Shown here: positions 17,900 to 24,180 of the stretch, piece by piece
Layout of the letters: the number at the start of each line of letters is the position of its first letter
How positions within the stretch are numbered: the first letter of the stretch is position 1
NCBI GenBank assembly: GCA_016699145.1
Contig: CP064962.1
Span: 1,260,001 to 1,292,000 of the forward strand
Length of the DNA: 32,000 nucleotides
Direction: 5' to 3'
Source: Candidatus Saccharimonadota bacterium
GTDB taxonomy: Bacteria; Patescibacteriota; Gracilibacteria; UBA1369; 2-02-FULL-48-14
Program-made: the position numbers and the translations under genes
Notes under the pieces: model-generated
The model's database searches: none
What the model was told of the DNA's origin: nothing
Seen by the model: the letters and a program-made list of their open reading frames with translations, nothing else

Positions 17900-18217
17900 A
17901 TGCTTTACTCAACTCTAAATAAGTTTATATATATGGGAATAAGACAAAACGGGCCATTTGCGAATAAGCCAGGTGTTCATTCTTCAAAAGAAAGAAGGGT
18001 TACCCCAGCAGAGGAATTGCTCGCGATGTTAAGACGTGGTGAAAAACCCCTGGAAAACGTGTCTGAAAAAGTGAGGTGTGCGGTCAATGACATTCTCCAA
18101 AAACTATTGGGTAGTGAAGATTCTGAGAGCGCAGCTTGGTGGCTCCAGGTCCTAAATGAGAAACTCAAACCCTTGCTTCTGGACCTTGATCCTCTCGAGC
18201 AAGGAAATTTCCAGTAA
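17900..18217 (+). CDS. hypothetical protein
   Basis: 105-aa ORF between the suf promoter and tRNA-Met. I recognise no family. Confidence 0.35.
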   Translation: MLYSTLNKFIYMGIRQNGPFANKPGVHSSKERRVTPAEELLAMLRRGEKPLENVSEKVRCAVNDILQKLLGSEDSESAAWWLQVLNEKLKPLLLDLDPLEQGNFQ

Positions 18218-18303
18218 AAAGTAAAAGTAAAAAAGGTCAGTAGGCGTTGCCTTAGCTTTGTTTTCAAATTAAACTAACCGAGCTCCCTGTCCTTTTACAT
18301 GTC

Positions 18304-18379
18304 GGGCCCGTAGCTCAGTGGTTAGAGCAGGAGGCTCATAACTTCTTGGTCGCTGGTTCAAGTCCAGCCGGGCCCACCA
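18304..18379 (+). tRNA. tRNA with CAT anticodon (elongator Met or lysidine-modified Ile2; not initiator-like), CCA encoded
   Basis: It folds as GGGCCCG-TA-GCTC-AGTGGTTA-GAGC-A-GGAGG-CTCATAA-CTTCT-TGGTC-GCTGG-TTCAAGT-CCAGC-CGGGCCC-A-CCA. The G1-C72 pair and the absence of three G-C pairs in the anticodon stem argue against an initiator. Confidence 0.85.
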
Positions 18380-19941
18380 TTATGGATAATCGGACTCTTG
18401 CACGCAGACGCAAAGGGTTCTTTTAACCTTATAGAAGTGACCTCCTTGCCCTTCACCAAAAGGTGCAATATGGAATTTCTCAAAATCTGGTCTTTTACCG
18501 CGGGTGTAGCGAATTTTAGGCTAAGAGAAAGGGTTTTTAGGAGGTTCAATAAATTTTTGTAGTCCAAGGGCTGGTCGCTCATCGATGCCTCCATGTCCTG
18601 AACGCGCGACTTGCAGGAGGCGATGAGGTTCTCAAGCCTCTTACGAGTGTCGAGGTACACTTTCTCCTCATGTTGATCCAATTGCTTCCTACGGGGAAGG
18701 ACCTCGGCTATGAGTCCATCCAGGGTGTCCTCATGCTCTTGTAGCTTGCGCTTCAATGCCGGAAGCTCCCTCGCCATCAGAGCGGTTTTTTCTCGCCGTG
18801 CCTCCTTATAGGCTTCTACATAGGCGTCGTAATCCTCTTCGCCTAGAGTGCTGAATTGGTCGAACACGGCCGCAGCCGCATCGATGATCGTCTTTGCACG
18901 AATGGTGCCAGTGTTCTCGCAGCCGAGCTTCTTTTTGTTTTGGCACCAGAACCTTAGATAGTAACCACTGTTCCCTTTGCTGATACCGCTTGTCATCGGC
19001 ATCTTGCAGCCGGCGCAAACCACTAAGCCTCGGAAGGGAATGTCATGCACATGGGCGCGTTTCTCAACGCTATTGCCCATGCCTTGTACCAAAAGCCACT
19101 CGCCCTCCTCGATCATAGGTATGAAGTCGTAGATTTGTGTTAGGTCAATCTCACGGCCGCCTTGTTCTAAGAAACCGAAATAGAACCGATCCCGGAACAT
19201 ATTTGATAACTTCTGATTGGTCATCGTTTGGGCTGCATTACCCTTTGCCTTCTCACCCTTTTTAATGATTCGACGGTAACCGTTTGCGTTTAAGTGATCG
19301 GTGATTTCAAGAAGAGATTTCCCATTGAGCCGCATCTCCCATGCGCTTTGTACCAACTCAAAAAGGTTAGGCCCGTAACCGGAGGGCGTCTCATCCGGCT
19401 CATAAAGTCCGGTCAATTCGTTGCGCGTATAGCCGGGTTTGAATTGCCCAGCGGACCTACCGAGGTCAAGGGCGCGATCTAGGCCACGGCTCACGTCGGC
19501 TCCTAGCTTGTCGCTGTATTGCTTGGCGAGTACAAAGGCAATGCCCAACCCCATTTTCCCGTTGTAATCGTTAACAAAAGAATGAGACGCAAACCGTAGG
19601 TCTACTAACAGCTTGCAATCGAGCAGATCAATGATTTCCCCGGCCTCTTTCATATTCCGCGCCAGGCGATCAGGATGCCATGCAATCAAGCCGTCCACCT
19701 CTCGCCGACGGATCTTTTTTATGAGTTCATCAAATTTAGGTCTGTTGCCGGAGTACCGAGCCGACCGACTGTCTTCGATTATGTCCTCCTTCGCAACATT
19801 GATATCCATGCGTTGGGCAATCTCCAAGCACTCGGCGAGTTGGTCCTCAATTGAGCGCACCTGTTTTTTAGGGTCATCCGTAGATTTACGGATATAAATG
19901 CAGTAGCGCTTAGCTCGAATTTCTATTGCGTCGTTCTCCAT
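18358..19941 (-). CDS. large serine recombinase (integrase)
   Basis: The N-terminal resolvase-type catalytic domain reads YCIYIRKSTDDPKKQVRSIEDQ...DSRSA...RPKFDELIKKI..VDGLIAWHPDRLARN. It is followed by a recombinase domain, a zinc ribbon (CAGCKMPMT...WCQNKKKLGC) and a coiled-coil tail. The last 7 codons and the TGA stop lie inside the tRNA. Confidence 0.85.
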   Translation of the reverse strand: MENDAIEIRAKRYCIYIRKSTDDPKKQVRSIEDQLAECLEIAQRMDINVAKEDIIEDSRSARYSGNRPKFDELIKKIRRREVDGLIAWHPDRLARNMKEAGEIIDLLDCKLLVDLRFASHSFVNDYNGKMGLGIAFVLAKQYSDKLGADVSRGLDRALDLGRSAGQFKPGYTRNELTGLYEPDETPSGYGPNLFELVQSAWEMRLNGKSLLEITDHLNANGYRRIIKKGEKAKGNAAQTMTNQKLSNMFRDRFYFGFLEQGGREIDLTQIYDFIPMIEEGEWLLVQGMGNSVEKRAHVHDIPFRGLVVCAGCKMPMTSGISKGNSGYYLRFWCQNKKKLGCENTGTIRAKTIIDAAAAVFDQFSTLGEEDYDAYVEAYKEARREKTALMARELPALKRKLQEHEDTLDGLIAEVLPRRKQLDQHEEKVYLDTRKRLENLIASCKSRVQDMEASMSDQPLDYKNLLNLLKTLSLSLKFATPAVKDQILRNSILHLLVKGKEVTSIRLKEPFASACKSPIIHNGGPGWT

Positions 19942-20423
19942 GTTTCGGGGTGAGGGTTGAATCTCATTAGTTGTTCCTTGGCCTGTTCGGACAACGGGCG
20001 GGGGTCCTTTATTTCCGGGGCTGGCGGAGGTCTTACTGCCGTAGGCGCGAATTCTAGAGGCTGCATACGTTCGAGCAGCTTTAAGGCCATTTGCGGGTCT
20101 TTTTTTGCGTGCTCGATCACTACTTTACGGAGGGCCATGTTAACTTCAAGGCGTAAGCGCTCTTTCCGCTCTCGAATCTCCGGCTGTTTTTCAATGAGCC
20201 GATAGTAGGCGGAGGGTGAAATTCCAGCATAGAGCGCGGCGTCTTTATCACTAAGGCAGTGTGCGAATGCTTCGTCGAGTTTCGAGAGCACCAGCTTCTC
20301 ATTCTTGCCATCAAAAAGAGGTCGGCCGCACTTGCAAAGCGACTTTAATTTCTTGCACCGCCTACAACTTGGAATAGTCGTTACCATACCTGTAAATTGT
20401 ATCTGAAAAATAGCAATTTTCAT
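19923..20423 (-). CDS. zinc-ribbon plus helix-turn-helix DNA-binding protein (resembles the phage small-terminase / transposase N-terminal HTH); possible regulator or directionality factor
   Basis: It reads CRRC..CKCGRP, then LSKLDEAFAHCLSDKDAALYAGISPSAYYRLIEKQPEIRERKERL. It overlaps the integrase start by 19 nt. The likely true start is M13 (ATG 20387). Confidence 0.45.
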   Translation of the reverse strand: MKIAIFQIQFTGMVTTIPSCRRCKKLKSLCKCGRPLFDGKNEKLVLSKLDEAFAHCLSDKDAALYAGISPSAYYRLIEKQPEIRERKERLRLEVNMALRKVVIEHAKKDPQMALKLLERMQPLEFAPTAVRPPPAPEIKDPRPLSEQAKEQLMRFNPHPETWRTTQ

Positions 20424-20494
20424 ATGGAAAAATTGGCTCCGGTATCCATTTTTTAGTATGCCACAACGATGGTCGCTACAAAGACTCTATAGCT

Positions 20495-21211
20495 TTAGTT
20501 CGGTAAGTAAACCTTAAACTTTGTATTCTCAATCGGGAGTTTCTTTTTCGCCTCTTTCAGCAAATCATCGAACATTCGCCCCCACTTTTCGTAATGATTT
20601 CTTAAAAAATTATGCGTTACATAAATGTTGAGCGAGGGGATAGAGTTTGAAGGCAGTTCGCCACCCACAACAACGGCTGATGCAGCGAGGCAAAACATCT
20701 TAGGGTCATTCCCCGTACAACCAGGATTTAGCAATGCCATTAGGGAAGTGATTTGTGTAGAAAGGTTATCGGGAGTTTTCCACTTATGACCATCTTTAAT
20801 AGGGTCGACGTAAGCTAAGTGTGCCGCGACTTTATCACGAAAGTCTCTTGTTCTTTGTTGGCCAATTCTCTGTAAGTCTAATCTATTTTCATCTTCTGCA
20901 ATATCCGGGTCCACATAGAAACGTAACCGTGTGACAAGTTGCATATAACTTTTTTTAATCAACCCTTCCAATAGGCCTACCTGATTAGCATAAGCGAGAG
21001 TTCTTGTTGTATTCCTTACGAAGAATGCGTTGTCCTGCAGCGCTTCGTCAGCATCAGTGTAGCGAGCAGCATCCTCTAAGAACTCTTGATTAATCCACTC
21101 CAGCCCATCGATCAACTGCTCAATTGCCGTAACTTCATGGAAGTCTGGTAGCCGATCTATAAAACCCTCATTGTACTCTATGAGAATGGTGCCCTCCTTT
21201 ATGAACTGCAT
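20495..21211 (-). CDS. hypothetical protein with a HEPN-like R-x5-H motif (candidate RNase effector)
   Basis: 238 aa, predicted mostly helical by eye. The motif FRDKVAAHLAY resembles the R[ND]K.(A)AH form of the HEPN Rx4-6H active site. There is no other support. Confidence 0.35.
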   Translation of the reverse strand: MQFIKEGTILIEYNEGFIDRLPDFHEVTAIEQLIDGLEWINQEFLEDAARYTDADEALQDNAFFVRNTTRTLAYANQVGLLEGLIKKSYMQLVTRLRFYVDPDIAEDENRLDLQRIGQQRTRDFRDKVAAHLAYVDPIKDGHKWKTPDNLSTQITSLMALLNPGCTGNDPKMFCLAASAVVVGGELPSNSIPSLNIYVTHNFLRNHYEKWGRMFDDLLKEAKKKLPIENTKFKVYLPN

Positions 21212-21255
21212 AAAAAATTTAGAGCTTCGACAATAGAATCCTCTACGCGCAAAGT

Positions 21256-21567
21256 CTACAGATTTTTGATGCTGCTTGTGATCCAGTCTTGAACTTTATA
21301 TGCGTAAGCGGTCGGGAGTTCCGCGGACCCAAGTTCTGCACCGGCCCCCATGACTTTAATGAACGATTTTGTAAAGGTGCTCTTAACAACACTCACCGTC
21401 TTCACTTCGCTCCTCGGGACACGGAACAGAACGGCACCTAGGAAGCTCCTAAATTCTAAATAGGTGTCGTCTAGCGTTAGCTTGCCGAGGACGCCGGAGA
21501 GGCCGATTTTGTACGTTTCCATGAGGGAAGGGGTTATGCGCAAAGAGGGTAGGCGGGCGTACCCCAC
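21256..21567 (-). CDS. small beta-rich hypothetical protein (bacterial PH/GRAM-like by pattern); start is either GTG 21567 or ATG 21522
   Basis: 103-aa ORF (88 aa from M16). The pattern GKLTLDDTYLEFRS...VPRSEVKTVSV resembles bPH-type domains. This is weak. Confidence 0.4.
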   Translation of the reverse strand: MGYARLPSLRITPSLMETYKIGLSGVLGKLTLDDTYLEFRSFLGAVLFRVPRSEVKTVSVVKSTFTKSFIKVMGAGAELGSAELPTAYAYKVQDWITSSIKNL

Positions 21568-21678
21568 ATACCGTCGGTCACGAAGACCTGCGATAGCGGA
21601 CCCAACCTACCCATGGCTACGCGCTATCGCGCTCATGGGCAAAGTGGGCCTTCGTGCAAAACGATATATGGGGTACGC
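21557..21678 (-). ncRNA. structured RNA element (three nested stems plus a possible pseudoknot), either cis-regulatory or a stand-alone ncRNA
   Basis: P1 pairs 21557-21570 with 21665-21678 (14 positions, 1 mismatch). P2 pairs 21579-21588 with 21647-21656 (10 positions, 1 mismatch). P3 pairs 21590-21598 with 21622-21630 (9 bp, perfect). Loop CCCATG (21610-21615) is complementary to CATGGG (21634-21639). Both mismatches are A-C or C-A on the + strand but G-U on the minus strand. No U tract follows, so it is not a terminator. Confidence 0.45.
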
Positions 21679-21721
21679 GAAAACAGTACCTCATTCAGTA
21701 GAATATTTCAATCGCACCAAT

Positions 21722-23110
21722 CTAAATGATCTTCACTGTTAGGGTGTCCATGGCTGCTACCCTCATATTCGTTTCATCTACTAAATAGCAGGTTACGAAG
21801 TGACTCCCCAGGTATTCCGTTGTTTCTGGATTGTTCCTTGTATGTCCTCTTGTGATTTCACCGCGAAGGGAATGAGCCGCTAAAGCCTGTTCGCCCGTGT
21901 TCCTGACTTTCCAGTAGAGCGTGTACCTTTCTTTGCTGTAACCCGTGCGTACCTCAAATGAGATCTTTCTTTTGTCCTTGCCACGGGTAAGGCCTTTCTG
22001 TAGTGGAAGAGACTCTGACAACCACCCTCCTGCGAAACCATCTTTCGGTTCTACCTTACCGTCGATCCTAAACTTGCTTTTGTCTCTGATTGTATTTGCA
22101 TCAATGTGAAGAGAATAGGCCTCGATCATCTCTTCGCCGGCTATAAATCGATTCAGCAAATTCAAGACCTCGTCTGAAGATGACTCTGGCTTTATTGCAT
22201 TTAACAGAACAAGACCACTCATCGCTCCGATCTTAATCACGCTTTTCTCTTCTGGCGTTAGGTCCGTTACGTACTCATCGGTGTGTCGTATTCCGTGCTC
22301 CGCTGTTTGTGCGCGGTCTAAGAAATAGGGCTCACGGAGGTAATCTTCTATGTGTATGAGCGCTGTCTTGATCGTAGTTGTAATGTTGAAACTTGGATTC
22401 CTATCCACAAGCTCTTTTACGATTTGCTCAATGTGAAAAGACTTTAGTTTGAACTCCACTCCGCCAAACTTTTCAGAACTTTTATAGGCTCGAGCCCATT
22501 TTTTTAATAACTTCGTCGCTTTCCGAAATACCTTAGAACGAGAATTTGTTATTTTAGCGGCCTCTCGGTAGCCCTTGGGATCTGTTTTGATCCAAACCAT
22601 GACCTTGTCGGCGGGCATTTCAGCATAAAACTTTTCCCGTTTGCGTCTACTCATAAGCCCTACCTCTGGGATTTCGTAAAAGGGTTCATCAAATTCATTT
22701 CTTTCGGGAAGCTCCCGTGCGGGTACCACATCGATTGAAAAATCACCCTCTCTTTCAGGAAACTCTATTACTATCGAATGCGACTGCGCGCTGATTTCGA
22801 CGGGCTCACTCAACTTTCTGTACTCGTCACGAAGGTTATCAGCCAAATCTTCTAGGACATTGTTCACGGAGATCTGTTCCGCAAGGAGAGCTTTTTTCAG
22901 CGTCTCCGGCATTACCCAGATCACGTCCAAGTCGTTCACAGGCTTTGTCGAAGTGAACCTAGCGTAAGACCCACTCTTAAAAGTACGTCCCTCGAGCATT
23001 GATTTTAACCGTTTATATTCAGCCTCTATGACATCGCGGTCTTCTTCGAGAGGAGTGCAGGAGGCATGTATAAATGATGATACAGTCGCTTCTAAATCAA
23101 CTTCATTCAT
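21722..23110 (-). CDS. SMODS/CD-NTase-like nucleotidyltransferase with an AGS-C-like C-terminal domain
   Basis: The Pol-beta NTase motif is G-S-x11-D-x-D (KSGSYARFTSTKPVNDLDVIW) and the third acidic strand is FSIDVVPA. The helical segment TDPKGYREAAKITNSRSKVFRKATKLLKKWA is as seen in CD-NTase/OAS-fold enzymes. The C-terminal roughly 110 aa (YTLYWKVRNTGEQALAAHSLRGEI...HFVTCYLVD) matches my memory of the AGS-C sensor domain. Confidence 0.6.
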   Translation of the reverse strand: MNEVDLEATVSSFIHASCTPLEEDRDVIEAEYKRLKSMLEGRTFKSGSYARFTSTKPVNDLDVIWVMPETLKKALLAEQISVNNVLEDLADNLRDEYRKLSEPVEISAQSHSIVIEFPEREGDFSIDVVPARELPERNEFDEPFYEIPEVGLMSRRKREKFYAEMPADKVMVWIKTDPKGYREAAKITNSRSKVFRKATKLLKKWARAYKSSEKFGGVEFKLKSFHIEQIVKELVDRNPSFNITTTIKTALIHIEDYLREPYFLDRAQTAEHGIRHTDEYVTDLTPEEKSVIKIGAMSGLVLLNAIKPESSSDEVLNLLNRFIAGEEMIEAYSLHIDANTIRDKSKFRIDGKVEPKDGFAGGWLSESLPLQKGLTRGKDKRKISFEVRTGYSKERYTLYWKVRNTGEQALAAHSLRGEITRGHTRNNPETTEYLGSHFVTCYLVDETNMRVAAMDTLTVKII

Positions 23111-23708
23111 AACTCGTGGTGATCATGGATACGATTACGTCATTTAATAGCCTCCCTCGCATATTGGTGACCGTTACATTCCTTTTTCTATTGATCGCAT
23201 CCCACATGGCATCCGGTATACGTTGTCCACCTTCCGTGGGGGCATATACAACTAAGGCGTCCTTGTCTCTCTGTTGGTCTAGAATGCGTTGGAAGTCTGC
23301 TGCTTGCCAATCCCTAAAGTCGACTACATAGAGTGTGCTTCCTTGGCCCCTCCCAATATCACCTGGATGAGTAATTTCTATGATGTTTTTTTCTTTAATC
23401 AAGGTCGTGTCAACCAACAAACTTTTGAGGCTCCCAATGTTTGCGTGACTGGCAAAAATAGAAATCTTACGCTTACCCATAGCGTTGCCGAATCTTATAA
23501 ATGCTGGCTTAACGCCCTTGCACCACAGCACTGCCCTGTAGATCACTGTCACGATGACGATGGCGGTGCTCACGTATCCGAGAACGTTCAAGATTTGAAG
23601 TATGACATCCATTCCGTAAATGTTTTTAGGGGAGAGGCCACTCCGTTTCAATCCGAAGCAGTCTTCGCACATATACACGAAGTTCAGGTCTATGTCCACG
23701 CATAGCAC
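23103..23708 (-). CDS. membrane-anchored protein with a cytosolic flavodoxin/REC-like (Rossmannoid) domain
   Basis: It has one long hydrophobic helix (VILQILNVLGYVSTAIVIVTVIYRAVLW). This is followed by alternating beta/alpha elements (KISIFAS, LYVVDF, ALVVYAP, NVTVTN). Its stop overlaps the NTase start as ATGAATGA. The tracked start is GTG. ATG M33 is an alternative. Confidence 0.45.
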   Translation of the reverse strand: MLCVDIDLNFVYMCEDCFGLKRSGLSPKNIYGMDVILQILNVLGYVSTAIVIVTVIYRAVLWCKGVKPAFIRFGNAMGKRKISIFASHANIGSLKSLLVDTTLIKEKNIIEITHPGDIGRGQGSTLYVVDFRDWQAADFQRILDQQRDKDALVVYAPTEGGQRIPDAMWDAINRKRNVTVTNMRGRLLNDVIVSMITTSYE

Positions 23709-23760
23709 ACCTTTGGACTAGACTCCCGCTAGAGATCAATCCCACCCAAGCTATACTGTT

Positions 23761-23964
23761 TTACTCCTCTGTGAACTTCACCCAGCGGCCACTTATATCT
23801 GTAAAGCCCTCGGCGTTCTTAGCATTGAGTGGATCCGTGGTGTCGACGCGAGAGGCGGCCTGGACGACGCTGAACAGCGTGTGCCCGACTGTGACGCCCT
23901 TCTTCTTCCGGTTGGGCTGGAGCCTTCCAAATTTTGCTTGAACGTCGATAGGTTTCTGCGACAT
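23761..23964 (-). CDS. small hypothetical protein (67 aa)
   Basis: It is the more protein-like of two overlapping frames in a locally GC-rich patch. I recognise no family. Confidence 0.3.
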   Translation of the reverse strand: MSQKPIDVQAKFGRLQPNRKKKGVTVGHTLFSVVQAASRVDTTDPLNAKNAEGFTDISGRWVKFTEE

Positions 23965-24126
23965 GGGGTAGCGGGGAAGTTTCCTCTAGTATAACGCATA
24001 ATCGTTGTAGTGCGTTAGGTTTCTTTCGCGCCGCGTCGTGGCAATGGTTCTACAAATCGATGCCAGCTCCCTAGGCAGAGGGTGAAGTTGAAGTGCCTCC
24101 AAAAAAAGTGCAATATTAATGGCATT

Positions 24127-24180
24127 AGGCCCACCAAAAAAATTACAAAAAGTACGAAAAGTTTGCTAGATAATAGCCTT
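24127..24180 (+). repeat. junction repeat copy R1 (contains the tRNA-terminus-like GGCCCACCA)
   Basis: AGGCCCACC-AAAAAAATTACAAAAAGTACGAAAAG-TTTGCTAGATAATAGCCTT aligns to R2. Over 24141-24180, 32 of 40 positions match 25451-25497, with one 9-nt and one 2-nt indel. Confidence 0.6.

Larger units (their letters stand above)
18358..24136. mobile_element. integrative element (about 5.8 kb) inserted at the 3' end of tRNA-Met(CAT); right boundary tentative
   Basis: The serine-recombinase gene overlaps the last 22 nt of the tRNA. The 9-nt tRNA 3' terminus GGCCCACCA (18371-18379) recurs at 24128-24136 in an intergenic spot. All seven ORFs in between are co-oriented accessory-type genes. The boundary could instead be at about 25.44 kb or 26.19 kb (see the repeat features). 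Confidence 0.5.

Noticed and set aside
23793-23999. 68-aa ORF overlapping the 67-aa ORF in another frame.
   Set aside because: Its Arg/Ser/Pro-rich composition (…SPTGRRRASQSGTRCSASSRPPLASTPR…) is the usual signature of an alternative frame in GC-rich DNA. I kept the other frame, but only at low confidence.
24128-24136. The 9-nt identity to the tRNA 3' end, taken as proof of the island boundary.
   Set aside because: A 9-mer match is not statistically meaningful on its own here. I keep it only as a positional hint that fits the R1/R2/R3 repeat series. The boundary is reported as tentative.
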